Assembly: GCA_043228905.1 (NCBI GenBank)
Contig: JBHGNT010000011.1
Coordinates: forward strand, 14,136,001-14,200,000
From: Azolla caroliniana
Lineage: Eukaryota > Plantae > Polypodiophyta
Length of the DNA stretch: 64,000 bases
Reading direction: 5' to 3'
Made by a program: the position numbers and the translations under genes. This document shows, in pieces, positions 47,765 to 62,138 of this stretch. The notes under the pieces are model-generated. The model was not told where the DNA came from. It saw only the letters and a list, made by a program, of their open reading frames with translations, and did no database searches. The first letter of the stretch is position 1. The number at the start of each line of letters is the position of its first letter.

Positions 47765-50700
47765 TGTAAAAAGTAACGTGCGGAAGCAAGTATGAAGACC
47801 AAACAGAAGGAAGAAAACTCAGGTTTAATGGAGAGCTTGAGCTTACGCAGTATACGCGGGAGAGACAAAGAGAGTGAGAGAGAACACAAGAACTATATTC
47901 AACAATAATACTCAGTCTGTACATAAGACGTGCTCAGTGAACACTTTTATACAAGTCCTAGAAGGACTGACCGAAGTACTGACAGTACTTCAATGCTCAT
48001 CAAGACTCCTACACTAACTCCCAAATATATTCCTCACGGAATATCTTTCCTAACGACCTCCCGGTTTACGCACTCGGCCTAACCGATCGGTCCCAACCGA
48101 TCCGGTCCTCGGCTTCTTCAGCCGATCCGGCCGATGTTGAGCTTGTCTCTCAACACTCCCCCTCAAGCTCAACTCGAGGCTCTTCGGGATCCTCGGGCTC
48201 ACAGCTCCGGTTCCTCCTGGCTTCACGCCTCGCTCGCGCTCCTCGACCTGTTCGACTCCGCGCGCTTCGACCCTTCCGGTCGGCTTGTCTGCTCATGCGG
48301 CCCTTATCAGCTCTTCTGCTGTTGCGGTGTTGACGCTTCTCCTGCTGCCTTTTCTTCTGCTTGGGCCTCGGTTGATTCAACGTATCTAAATCAAACATCT
48401 GAACCGACTCGGCTACCTCTGATCGGTTTTCGCTCTCGTCCGAGTTGGTTGTCTCCAACTCGTCTTCGGTCTTCTCGCCCTCGATGGCGTCATCTCCCCC
48501 ATGCGTGGTTGGCTTCGGCTCTCTCCTTCGGTTGCTCCCCTTATGTCCGCTTTCGAACTTTTCCGCGGGTCCGCCCTCGGCTTCTTCAGCCGATCCGAAG
48601 TTGAACTTGACAACCGACTCGGTGTCGCGGTCTTTGCTCCTTTCCTACTGCCTTGCTTGGTCGTTCGGGACTGTTCTCCCCCTCAAGTTTGGCACGTCGA
48701 GGTGACGCAATCCGAGCGCACCTGAGAATTTCCGCAACTTGTCCAGACGAAGAGGCTTGGTGAAGATGTCGGCAATCTGCCGATCCGTCGGCACGTACTG
48801 AAGTTCGACTTCACCGGAAAGGACACGCTCATGGAAGAAATGGTAGTGCACCTCAATGTGCTTGGTCCGTGCGTGGAAAACGGGGTTCTTCACGAGCTGG
48901 ATGCTGCTGAGGTTGTCGCAGTAGATCGTCGTTGGATCGGACACCTCCTCTTGTAGGTCCTTAAGTAGCCGCTTCAACCATATGGCTTCGCATGTCGCGA
49001 CAGCCGCTCCTCGGTACTCAGCTTCGGTGCTCGACAGTGCAACTGTCGGCTGCTTCTTACTGCTCCACGCGATCGTGGCACTCCCGAGGGAGAACGCGTA
49101 TCCAGACATGGATCGATGATCGGCGGCGTTGCCAGCCCAATCAGCATCGGTGTAGCCGACTAACTGCGCGGTTGCACCGGTCCGATATAGCAGTCCGTGG
49201 TCCTTAGTGCCGCTTACGTACCGCAGTACGCGTTGCGCACACTAAAGGTGCTCCTCGGTAGGTCGCGCCATGAACTGACTGATCACTCTGACCAGATAAC
49301 TGAGGTCGGGTCGGGTGATGGTCAAGTATATGAGGCTTCCGACAATTTGTCGGAACCTCGTCGGGTCGCATACCTTTCTCGTATCGGGACGAAGCTTGAC
49401 GGTTCTGTCCAGAGGAGTCGAGACGGACTTATAGTCGGCCATCCCGAGTTTGAAGAGCATACCCAGCACGTAATGACGTTGGTTGATCAATATGTCTTCG
49501 GGGGTACGATTCACTTCGATCCCGAGGAAGTAATGAAGGTCCCCCAGATCCTTCATGTCGAACGATGCCGCAAGCTGGAGCTTCACGCGGTCGATTTCAC
49601 CTAGGTCGGCACCGGTGATGACCAAGTCATCAACATATAGTAAAATACTAACCGGTCCGAGTCGACCTTTCCGGATGAACAGGGAAGAGTCCGATTTTGT
49701 CGTGACGAAGCCCATCCGACGCAGTTGTTGCGTGATCTTCGCGTTCTAGGCACGCGGGGCTTGCTTCAGTCCGTAAAGGGACTTCTTCAGTCGGCATACT
49801 GCCGAGGAGTTCGTTCCGGAGTGAAATTAGGGGGGTTGTACCATGTACACCTGTTCCTCAAGGTCACCTTGCAGGAACGCATTCTTTACATCCATCTGAT
49901 GTAAGTGCCACCCCTTCGCCGCAGCTACTGCGAGCAAAACACGGACGGTCGTCATTTTCGCGACCGGCGCAAACGTCTCATCGTAGTCGATGCCGTGTTT
50001 CTGCGCGTAGCCCTTTGCCACTAGCCGAGCCTTGTACCGGTTAACGGAGCCATCGGTGTTGTACTTGACCTTTTACACCCACCTACACCCGATCGGTTTT
50101 ACCCCTGTTGGTGCGTCAACCAGGTCCCAGGTCTCGTTCTCCGCCAATGCGTGCATCTCTTCTTCCATCGCGGCACGCCAATTCGCGTCTTTAGCCGCTT
50201 CTGCGTAGCTCTCCGGCTCACGCACTTCCGCTACACGGGTCATGTACGCATAATGATGCGCCATGTATTCGTTGTATCCGAACCGCAAAACAGGATTCTT
50301 CTTGCGGGTAGATCGGCGTAATCTCACATTAGCCGATGTCGAGGCCTTCTCGGTCGATGCGAACTTCACCTTTAAAGACCCGTCACCGGTTCCCTCGAAG
50401 TCGGACTCGCGTCGGTCTGACTCGTTCCTTTCCGTGCCGGAATCCGACACCTTCTTCTTCCCTTTCTCTTTGCGCGTAAGCCGTCTCCTCGGCTTCCTGC
50501 GCGGGGAATGCACGACCGAGTCTCCACTACTCGCCGGCTCTTCATCAAACTGGTCGTACCGACTCAGTCGTCCAATCGGTCCACTTAACCGAAGTGAAAT
50601 CGGACTCTCTTCGCGGGTCTCGATTTCAGGCTCATCCGGAGGCATCTCAGCCTCGCTGACCTCTTCGTCAGAGCTCGGATTGGAGTCGAGGTTCGTGGTC

Positions 50701-53439
50701 GGGGGCAGGTACCAGGACGCGGACTCGTCAAACACAACGTCGAGGCTGACACGCACTTGTTTGGTGCGAGGGTTATAACACTTATAACCCTTCTGCTCGT
50801 CCGAGTAACCGACCAAGATGCATCTCTCGGCCTTTGCGTCCAGCTTCCTCCTTTTCTCCTTCGGTATATGCACATACGCAATGCTACCGAACACCCTCAA
50901 GTGTCGTAAGTTCGGCTTCATTCCGAAGTATAGCTCGTGCACCAACACCTTGTCTCCGATCCGGTTCTGGATGTATACCGCGGTCCTTACCGCCTCGGCC
51001 CAATAGAACTTGGGCAAGCTCTTCTCCTCTAGCATTGCCCGTGCCGCTTCCACAACTGACCGATTCTTTCTCTCGGCCACACCGTTCTGCTACGGCGTGT
51101 ATCTACAACTGAATTCGCGGCGAATTCCCATTTGTTGTAGGTAACCGTTGAATTGACCGGAAGAGTACTCTTTCCCGCCATCCGACCCCAGACACTTGAT
51201 CTTTCGTCCCGTTTCCGTTTCCACGAACCCTTTGAGGTCCTGAAAGCAGTCGAAGACTTCGCTCTTCCTCTCAATGAGGTAGATCCATGTGTGCCGCGTG
51301 TGGTCGTCGATGAAGGAGACGAAATATCGGCTCCCGCCAAGACTAACGTTTTGTGCCGCCCCCATACATTGGAATGTATAAGGTTGAGCTTGTTCCGGCT
51401 CCGGTTTCGCTCGTTGGGGAAAGGAAGTCGGTGTTGCTTCCCGAGTTGGCAGGCTTCACAAATTTGTGCCTTTCGGCCACTAAACTTGGGCAATCCGAAC
51501 ACTACCTGTTTCGATTGCAGATCTTGAAGCCGTTGGTAGTTGACGTGGCCTACCCGCTTGTGCCACAAGTCGATGTCCGACTCGGCTTTTTGTCCCTTTG
51601 CGAACATTGCGGTGCCACCGTCAGTGGAGTCGAGGATGAACATCCTCCCGTCTCTGCGCCCTTGTGCAAACACACGACCTTCTTCCTCAATGAAGCACCC
51701 GAGGTGTGTAAACCGAACCTCCATCCCTTGGTCGACGATCTGTCCGACCGAGACCAAGTTCTTCGTGATTGTCGGAACGTGCAACACGTTCATGAGTTTC
51801 CCTTTCTGCCCGACATGGCTAAGGGGAACTTCTCCGACATTTGCGATCAAATGCGAAGTGTCGTCTCCAGTTGCGACTACTCCAGGTTGTATCGGTTTTT
51901 CGAGGTACGAGAACCACTCCTTATGGCTCGTCATGTGGTTTGACGCGCCGGAGTCTACGTACCACACCTCGTCCGATCTCGGGGTGGTATGTTTCATTGA
52001 GTTTGCTTCGTGTCTCGTCACGAAGGCAGTCCCTTCTCCGGCTCTCCCGGAGTCTTCGGCGTAGTGCGATCGTTGCTGATTTCCCTTGTTGGTATGTCTG
52101 GAGCCGCTCCCGGAACCAGTTCTCTCCGAATCGGCGCGCTTCTTCCAGCACTCACTTTCCCTGTGGCCTTTCTTGCCACAGTACCAACACTCCACGATGG
52201 ACTTCCCTTGCTAGTTCTCATCGCTTCGACTCCCCCTGTTTCCGAAGGGTCCTGAGTTACTGTCGGCATCACTTCGGTGCCTTCTTCCCTGATCTCATCG
52301 GCCGCCTCCATTGCGTGCCGACTCGCCTCGTCCTCCACGTCCACGGGGCCTATCTCCCTCCGTGTACAACATTCTGTTGTCGATGTGCGTGCTTGTAGAC
52401 GCACCCGCGTGGTTCTCCTCTACCAAGAGCATTGATTGTAAGTCGAAAAAGGACGGCGTATTCTCCCGGGTACACACAGCCGTTCGAAACGCGCCGAACT
52501 TCGACGCCAAACCTCCGAGACAGATCTGGACCATCTCACTCTCCTCAATGTTCACCTCTATGGAGGCGAGGGAGTCGCAGATATCCTTGATCTTCGAGGT
52601 ATAGTCCACCACCGACAAGTCGCGTTGTCGTAGGTTGCTCAACTCCTATCGGAGCTGAAGCTTCCTGGCTGTGGTGCTCGCGGCGAAAATCTTCTTCAGA
52701 TTTTCCCACGCACCCTTCGGCGTCTTTGCATCCCAAACATAGCTCAATAGTTGTTCGCCCACACACGACGCGAAGCAGTATAATACCCTGCTCACCGTTT
52801 GCTCCCACGACGGGAAGTCTCTGTGTGTCGATTCGGGTGCCGCGTCATTAGCTCCTTCGACATAACTCCAGTAGCCGTGCCCGAGCAGGTACTGGTGCAT
52901 CTTGTAGGACCAAGACGCGTAGTTGGTTCTGTCGAGCTTCTCTGTTGGAAGCGAGCTCGCCATGCCTCTATCCATCGTTCTTCTTGTTCTTCTTCGTCAA
53001 GCTGTGTCGGCTGCAGAGAGGTTCTCAACCCTCGCGCTCTGATACCATGTAAAAAGTAACGTGTGGGAGCAAGTATGAAGACCGAACAGAAGGAAGAAAA
53101 CTCAGGTTTAATGGAGAGCTTGAGCTTACGCAGTATACGCGGGAGAGACAAAGAGAGTGAGAGAGAACACAAGAACTATATTCAACAATAATACTCAGTC
53201 TGTACATAAGACGTGCTCAGTGAACACTTTTATACAAGTCCTAGAAGGACTGACCGAAGTACTGACAGTACTTCAATGCTCATCAAGAGCTCCTACACTA
53301 ACTCCCAAATGTATTCCTCACGGAATATCTTTCCTAACGACCTCCCGGTTTACGCACTCGGCCTAACCAATCGGTCCCAACCGATCCGGTCCTCAGCTTC
53401 TTCAGCCGATCCGGCCGATGTTGAGCTTGTCTCTCAACA
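47765..53439 (-). mobile_element. Full-length Ty1/Copia element (Copia-3)
   Basis: LTRs 47765-48155 and 53048-53439 (about 6 substitutions and 1 indel by eye); perfect TSD GAAGT (47760-47764 and 53440-53444); PBS TGGTATCAGAGC 53036-53047; PPT 48156-48166. Confidence 0.97.
48150..52975 (-). pseudogene. Copia-3 gag-pol polyprotein with stops and frameshifts
   Basis: EKLDRTNYASW, CWYCGKKGHRESEC, WYVDSGASNHM, integrase, [41 protein letters not shown]. Confidence 0.93.
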
Positions 53440-53800
53440 GAAGTACACAAAGATTAAGCATATCCGTGTGAATCGCAAGCCAACCACTAAGGACAACCCA
53501 AAGTTATGAAATACATTGAGAATGAAGTGTGATATTACAACTCTAGAATGGTGGGTGATAAACAAAGTATATCAACAGTCATTAAAGTGTTCCATCATCA
53601 TGAAGTTTCTTAAGTAAATGTCAATGGTTCAAATGTTTATGCTCATTTGACGTGCTTTTATGCTTTTGAAATGGCATCACAAACCCACCTTCCCCAGGGC
53701 ATGACATTATGTATATCCACATTTCCATTAGGTAAATCACAAGAATTAAGGATGAACCTGCAATGAGGCTTTGTGTTCCCACGCCTTGATGTTGCCCAAG

Positions 53801-54172
53801 AATTGTTGTAAAATACTTAGCATCAAATACGTGTAGAATATGTATGCTAAGCATTCTAACTTTTTTTAAAAATTACTTAGAATACGTATTTTATAGATAA
53901 AATATGTAAAGTACTTAGAATGTATGTAGAATGCTTGTAAAATACATTATATACTTTTCAAATTTTAAAGTTTTTTTTTCAAAAAGAAAATTACAAAAAA
54001 ATTAAAAAAAATTAAACTTTTTTGAAATGATAAATACTTGTTAAATACATAGAATACATAATATGTCGAAATTTTTAAAACGGCAGTTCTAAATCGTAGA
54101 ATACATGTAGAATACTTCAGAGTATTCTAAAACGTATTCTAAACGTAGAATATGTGTTTTTTAACAACTATG
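53801..54172. mobile_element. hAT-type MITE
   Basis: Perfect 8-bp TSD TGCCCAAG (53793-53800 and 54173-54180); imperfect TIR AATTGTTGTAAAA vs CATAGTTGTTAAA; internal TAGAATAC repeats. Confidence 0.75.
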
Positions 54173-55569
54173 TGCCCAAGGAGAGAGATGGCACTCATGA
54201 ACAACCTCTACTCAACCAATCATACATGCATAAGTGTCTTTGGCTATTTCCACCCATCTTGCAAGGATTCATTCACCATATTTAGATAATCAATTTAAAA
54301 ATATATACAGTTCCACAATAATGTATTTTTAGACGTCTACCATAGCCCTAACCATGTTTGCATTAATATGTCATCTTTACCATGGAAATAATACGATTGT
54401 GAATGATCAAAAGAAAGCTCTAATGTAAAATTGAAGTTACAAACATTGGTAATCATCTTACTAAAATGTGTTGATGTTGGTAACATGATTAATATGTCCT
54501 TGCAACTCTATTAGTAATTCTTTTCTTAGATTGCTTTTATATGTTCTCTCCATTTACATTGGTGCAAATTTTCAAAAAACTCTACATCTCGATGCAAGGA
54601 AAAAAAGTGAGTAATGTTTTATGCCTTTAATAAGCTCTTCTTGAATGATACTTATGACTATTCATTTTCTTTTAATTCTATTTACTCTTAGCTATGATGA
54701 AAATTGAAGAGTTAGAAAATATTCGACTCAATTAATGATTGATGCTACATAAGGTTTCATTAAGGATGCTCCCAAAGGCTAAAAGCAGCTAGAATCCATC
54801 CATTTTTATTTGAGATTAGACTATAATATCACACTAGTCATTTGCCAGCCTTATCAACCTTTCAATGGTGATCCCGTTTCCTTTATCATCGCTATAGCAA
54901 AAATAATAGTTATTAATGATGAACATTACATCTCTAAATGGAAAACCAATTGTGCCTTTCTAAACCAAAATTGTATCGTAATACATGCCTACATATTAGT
55001 TCTTTCAATGAATGCCACTAAAACCAACTATTGAAGGTTTCCAACAAACCCACGTGAAATATTCATTTACACATTGATATATTCCTCACTCTTTTGAAGA
55101 TATTCTTTTCTCTAACCATACCTTCTTTCAATGAAATTCTCATTATGGAAGTGCGAATGCCAATGGTGAACTTGCATGGACAATTATCACAGCAATAATG
55201 AGAATGCTAACAACGAATAAAAGATAACTACCATGAACAAGTGAACCATCCATCTTCTCATGCCATCCTTGTAGACAAGTCTAGGTTCTCCTTATATGTA
55301 CTACATTTCCATTTTCGTGTTTAAAACCAAACACTTCCTACATTACGTACGCTGTCATATTTACAATCTCCATGATTGCATGTCAACATTATTTCACTAC
55401 ATGCCTTCAGCAGAAGGAGCATTATTCTCACATAAAATTATTTCACGTATTCTATCTCTCTGAAAATAAAGATCCCAATCACAAGTTGCAGCCACAAGAG
55501 AAGACTGTTGTGCATTCCTAGGCTCAGCTTATCACTTAACTGAAGTGAAGTTGGTGGTCAGGCAAACCA

Positions 55570-58500
55570 TTACAGACTCGAATGCAAGCTTTCTGGTGCT
55601 ACATCAACGTGAACACGATGCCAAGAATTATTGAGAACACCCCTCAAGTTCCATATGCTCTCCACATTCTCTGGCTGAACATTTGCAGCAATATCAACCT
55701 GCACCAGAGCATTAAAAAGTAAATAAATTTCTTTCAGAAGAGGATGAAATCAGTCAGTATCCTACTGACAAAAACTTGGAAAATCGAAATTAAGTTAATA
55801 GCCATTAGCTTATATATGACAGGTTAGTGTTTCTTTTGCACATATATGATTGGCATTATTTGTGCACTGTTTTCAGCTACCTAGTGGCTTCTTCTCTAGG
55901 CTCTATATCTTCTTCCAACACCCTTCGATAATAATATCTCAATGTCATGCATAAGACTCATAGTTCCTGAAAAGCAGTTCATTTCCCATTGTCTTGTTAA
56001 TGTTTTGTGATTCATTGAGGAAATTCGACACTAAGATTATAGTCTCCAAGCCACTTGGAAATGCATCTTCCTGAAGATAGCATGCCAATGAGAAGTCACA
56101 GCATCATTACCTATTTTCCAAGATAACCGAGGATGTGTATTTGTATCCTGTACTTGATGCTTCCTCGATAGTTCTCTGTAGTACCAGTTAGAATTTTCAT
56201 TCACCAGGAAGTTATAGCTCTGGTTTCAGACCTCTGAGGTTTTTTTATAGATGCCATATTACACGATATCAAGATTGAAAATTTTGAAATAGTTTGCTGA
56301 GGATTGTAACTTTTTCACATCTCATCGGCCTAATATATATTATTGTTGTAAGTAAGCATGGTGTTACTTAACAACTATAGAGTTCTAGTTTGTTTCGAGA
56401 TTGAAAACTCACTACATAATTGCACATAGAAGCTTTCAATTACAGAGAGAACAGTGCCCAATGATTCGAATCATCCCATATTGGAAGCCATATGCTAGTC
56501 AGTCACCTCTATGGAAGCATATGTTAGCATGTTTCTAATAGCCACTTCCGGTAATTCTTCTTGCTGTACTTTCCTAGATGGCATGTGGTATCTGATCAAG
56601 GGGACACCAAACTTCAGCATCCAGTATTATAAATGAATTTTATGCAGCATTCCAAACGGAATCACAGCAATTCCACAATTGAAATATGGGGAGAGACACA
56701 ATTCGTCCACATACACAATACTCTGAACTTATGTTGTCATCTTAGGCCACATCTTACTAAGTTCACTGTCAAGCCAACATATGTACCATCAAATGATAAG
56801 TATAGAAACACATGGCTTTTGCTACTGTTTCAGTTCAGTTTTCTTTGCATTTTGAGATCCCAAACCACTCATATCCTTCATAAGATAAATAAAAATACCA
56901 TTCATGGTAAAAGAAGAACATAGAAACATACACATTTTACTATTATATCAGCTGCCGATCTTAATTGCACTTCAAGCTCCCAAAGGACCCATCCCCACTT
57001 GTCTCGACGTTCATCATCAGGAATGTAATGGTCTCCTTTAGATCCTTGCTTCTGCCTCTGAAAAATCCTTGCTTCACTCCAAGTTGTACCTCCGTCTATA
57101 GATACATCAACCCTTTCTATACCACGACCTCGACCAGAAATTGCATAGCCTTTGACTTTTGTCTGTATAAAGAAACTCACTGTCATATCTACTTTGGATT
57201 TCTAGATCCTAGCATCTTATATGCTCGCTAGGTGCAAGTTAGGAAATTTATACCTTTTGTCCCATCTTTACACATGCCCCATCCTCCGGACTACATATTG
57301 CACTCTAACAAAGGGGAGGATTAAACTTGTGAGAACTTCACTTCTATGTACTTATGCAAAATAAGTTTGTAAATAGCAGTTTTGTTTGTTCAGTGATCAC
57401 CTGCACCGGAAAATCCATAAGTGGTCTCCTGGAATCCCAGTTTATGTTTTCCCAATTTACAGAAGGTGGAAACATTTTGTAATCTCTTTGCATAAAGAAC
57501 CCCTGATAAGATAAAAACTGATTTCTTACGTAACTTCCAACAGTATTGCATCATCTCATTAGAGAAGATAGAATGAGACCCAAACAAGTTACAAAACAAC
57601 AGCTAGTGTATAGAAACGTGATGCAACCTGACACTCCTCAGCAATAACATTAATCCTTTTTAACCACTTAACTGACCGAGCTCCAATGACACCAGGCACT
57701 ACTACACGTAACGGAAAACCATGATCTCGGCTAAGTTTCTGCAAGAATAAAAAATCAATACATTCACTATTCAAGGAATAGCTTTACTACAGGGTTTACA
57801 TGATCCTGTACATCTATAGAGTAAAACACCACAAACCTTCCCATTCATTTCATATGCTAGAATTACATCAGCCTCTGGAGTCGTTGCATGTAGTAGTGGT
57901 ATGGATATTTTATAAGGCCCACCATTTTCCTCCTGTGAAGAGTAAAATACTTAAAAGGCACGCCCTTTAAAATATTCAACCTATTACCAGAAACTAAGCA
58001 TTATGTTTAAGCCGGAAAAAGGTGAGTCATAGAGAAAAAAATAAGGAAGATTGTGCATGCACGCGATTTCAGCTAACCTTGCATTTGTCAACACTAATGA
58101 ATTCAACATGTTTCCCTCCAGATGTGGAAACTGTTGCATGAAGTGGGATGCCAGTTGCTTGTAAAACATCTGATAAACGAACCCCAGTCCACGAACCTGC
58201 AAAGAGCGAAAATGAGGGTAAAGCACAAGATTTCGTTTAGTATCTCTGTGAACTGACCCAAACATTTGAAAATTAGATAGAAATTTTCTTTTATTCACCA
58301 TTTCCAAGAGCTGCAAGGCCCCAGCCAACCCCTCTTACTTTCTTTGTTTCACTCATGGCTGTTCTTCTATTACCTGCACACTGACATTGCATCCCATGAA
58401 TCAATATTATGTTTGTCAAGAAAAGTTGAAAAGGTATTATAAGGTGAAATCTGTCAATGGTGAAAAATAATCTGAACCTGTAAAGTTGCAACAACAGTAT

Positions 58501-60457
58501 GTTTTGGAAATTTCCTGTCATAAAATGGCAGAGTCAAAACTTCAGACGTTTGAAAGATAAGGTGATTGAAATGAATGAAGCATTTTCTTGTGCTCTTCAC
58601 TTTATTTCTTCCATAGATAATGTGAGACATTTTGTAGTCAGGCCGCAAACCTCCAGCTCATACCTATAAGCATGAAATCTTTATTATTATCTCCACTAAA
58701 GAGCAAGAAACAACAAATAAGATATTTACAGAAACAGACACATACGTTGAATAGTTTGCAAGTACAGGAACAGGACCATGATTACGCTTATAGAACATGT
58801 CAACTGAAGTAATATAAGATGCTACTAACTCTGACACAGGGGGTTCCGCATTGAAAGGTTCCTGGATATGTAATACAAATAGCAAGAGTATGAAAATGAA
58901 CAGCTGCATGAGGAAGAAAAAACAAATGGGAAATTTCTGAAAAAATATAAATTTGATCATTTTTCTGCTGAGTCAGGCATTTTAACTTTTCAGCCAACAC
59001 ATTTCACATTGATGCTAGAGAGATCCTGGAGATCCTGAGTCCTAAAACATTTAGGAATGTATTTCTTTATCTGGCCTAAATACACCCACCTGCCATCCTG
59101 GTCTTCGGTTACCCCACATTTTGATCGTATTATTAATTCTTTACCACATTGCCTTTTCTATCTTGTCTTTGGTTTTGTCTTCTGTATCAATGGACATGTA
59201 CACAAACACACGTTTTGACTTAAAGAGGTTTTGGCCGTCCAAAAATCTCTCAGTGATTTCCCCAGCTGTTGGGAACACTTTATCAATTTCCCCAGCTGTT
59301 GCTAAAATACTCAGTGATTTGACTTGCTTTTGACTTCTAATGCTATATCTTGTTGGGTGAATTAGAAAGGAAAGAAACTCCTTGAAAAACTGATTGCTCA
59401 GAACTCTTACAACTATTGAATGATCTCATAAGGAAAATCTTGATTTGGAGTTCTCACACTACAGTTCCGCTAAGGCTATCGCTAAAAAAGGAAACCCTAA
59501 AACACATAAAAATGGATTTCTTTCTACATCCACTTTAACGATTCCATCTTCTTGCAGATAATTCAATACTTAGCTGAATTGCATCGAACTGTAAATTGAT
59601 GCTCAGAACTATTACAAGCATTTCGTGGTTCATAATTCACCCATTGCATCATTGCGGAATCTGACTTTGGAACTGATAACCCTATCAAACATTTTTCATA
59701 CACATTGCAGTAAAATCAGACAATCAGAACTATTCAGAGCATTTTCTTAAGCATTGATCCCTGGAAGAAGCATAAAAGCATCTTACATTGGAACTGATAA
59801 GCCTATAAAACAATTTCATGGCATATTCAGAACGTTAACAAGAATTTTCTTGAGTGTGAATCAACTACAGAATCATGTGTCAACAGTTTCCATGAGCATT
59901 TGCAGAAAATCAGTTATTCCTAATCATTACAAACGCTTTCTTAAGCACATATTAATGATAGAATCATGAAGGAATTCAGCTTTGGAACTGATAAGCCTTC
60001 AAACAGTTTCCTTGTGAATTAGGAGGAAATGATAAGCATTTTCTTAAAGACAAATCTCTAGTAGAATCATAATATAATCAAGGCCGACACTATTCAGCAG
60101 TTTTCCTGATGCGATTACATCAGTGATGGAACAAATCAAGAAAAGAATCTAATAATTTCTCCACGAATTCACAGAATAAGAATGAGAATGAATCTCTGAT
60201 AGAATCAAGAAAGAATAAAGATTTGGGAAGGATGGCCCTATCGAGCAATTTCCATTAGAATTTGCAGAAAATGATTAAACAACACTTTCTGGTGGAATCT
60301 AACATTTGAAACTGATAAGAATATTTAAAAGTTTACTTACTGAAAGAATCAATAAAGAAAAGAGAGCAGAAAGCAAAATTACCTTAGAATTGATCTTCAA
60401 AGCGGGATGGCGAGGAGGATCTTGTTCGTACGTTGATGGACCTTGCAAAGCTTCCAT
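55570..60457 (-). CDS. SOX: Sulfite oxidase (peroxisomal molybdoenzyme), 12 exons: 60457-60383, 58861-58746, 58663-58601, 58514-58478, 58380-58299, 58196-58078, 57932-57837, 57738-57628, 57502-57401, 57304-57254, 57162-56932, 55698-55570; 403 aa
   Basis: [50 protein letters not shown] (Mo-ligand Cys), [47 protein letters not shown]-terminal SSL. All introns GT-AG; total 1212 nt in frame. Confidence 0.95.
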
Positions 60458-61419
60458 GTCTTTCTTCTTCTGCGAGAAAAAGAGATAGTATCCGCCGCCG
60501 CCGCTGCTGCTGCTTCTGCTTCAAATTTTGCTCGAAGCTTCCATGAGAACACGAATTTGAGCCATTTAAAAACTGGCACTTTTTTGCTTTTAGGATAACA
60601 GAGAAAGAAATTGAAACGCTTCCTTTGTTTACAAATATTACAATTGTAGGCTTCAGTATTGGAGAGAGACTTTACGGGAATTTACAAAAGTATGCTTCCA
60701 CTGGATACATACATAGATGGATCGACCAGAACACACAAACACACACACATCTATGCTTCTTTCCAAAATATGCTTCGCTGCCCAATCTCTTATTTGAGCT
60801 TTTGCTTTCATAGGATCCATATTTCATCTTTTACAGAAATCATCATCATGCTCGAAGCTCATCAAGACCACTTCTTTGTAGTGATACACACACATCTATG
60901 CTTCTCTCCATAACATGTTTTGTTGCCCGATTCTCTAATTTGAGCTTTCCCTCTCATAAGCCAACTCGCCTACTCGATCATTATGATTGTACCCTTTTTG
61001 TGAATCCATGTTCCGTCTTTTACTACTCCATCAATTATACTCGAAGCTCATTGATAGACGATCAAGACTACCAATGCATATATTTGAAAGTGTGGATAAG
61101 AAAAAGACCATGCATATAACTAGAGAAATCATGATGGCAAAATATTTTAACAAACCTCAAACTCCATAGTTATGTTGCATAAGGGATGCATGCAAAGCAT
61201 TGGGTTACAAGTTCTTTCAATATATTTGCATGGTTTTTCGTAAAAATTTTATTTTTTTGATAATTTGTAGTGCAACAAAGAGGATGAAATAAGTTCTTAA
61301 GGATGACCATCATTGTATAATATCCAGTGTCCACCAAAAGGATTCTTTAGTAGTAGTTTTAGTAAACATATGTACAAATTATTCAAATCATACCATGAAG
61401 AAACATTGAAATAGAATTT

Positions 61420-61760
61420 GCCTTATCTAATTAGCTACTAACAGTAATCGCTTAGCTAATTAGCTAATTGTTTTTCAAACCAATCTACTAGACTTTATCA
61501 TTAACCTAAATCAGCCTTACCTAAATTGCTAGTTGTAGTAATTACAGAACTAAATAACTACTAGTTGTGATGATAATTAGTTAAGCTATTGGAATCAAAC
61601 ATTACATATGTAGTTGTAATAGATTAGCCAACTTATATGTTGCTTATGTCCACCCTTTAGGGATTTTTATGGAACAATTCCCCGACACATTTTTTTGTGG
61701 TGGTGCAACAAATCATAACAAAACACACGAGGGGATATGTGGGTTGGCACAGTTGGAGTT
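61420..61760. repeat. Second locus of the AATTAGCTA-rich dispersed repeat
   Basis: Shares TAGTTGTGATGATA...ATGTAGTTGTAATAGATTAGCCA...CTTTAGGGATTT with 29680-29760. Confidence 0.7.
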
Positions 61761-61777
61761 GCATTATTGTCATAAAT

Positions 61778-62084
61778 TGTTAAGGATACTACTGGCAACA
61801 ACCTGTTATCACGTGTGCAAATGCGGGTGTAAAGATCGAAATGACAGAAATAACAAAAGACAAAGAAACAAAAGAACAAAGACACAAATATTTTACGTGG
61901 AAATCTCGGAAAGGGAAAAACCATGGGAATCCACAAACTCCGAACTCTATCACTATGGTAAGAGGAATATACACAAGAGACTCTAAGGCGACAACCTTGA
62001 GCTCCCCCTCGTTAGGCGAGTTACATCTTGTTGATGGGTGGGGGGTGAAGCCTAGAATGGCTCCACCCCCCTCCCAAGGGGGTT

Positions 62085-62138
<54 letters not shown>

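Noticed and set aside
59590-60320. Recurring TTGGAACTGATAAG motif in sulfite oxidase intron 1
   Set aside because: Degenerate intronic duplication with irregular spacing; no evidence of function.
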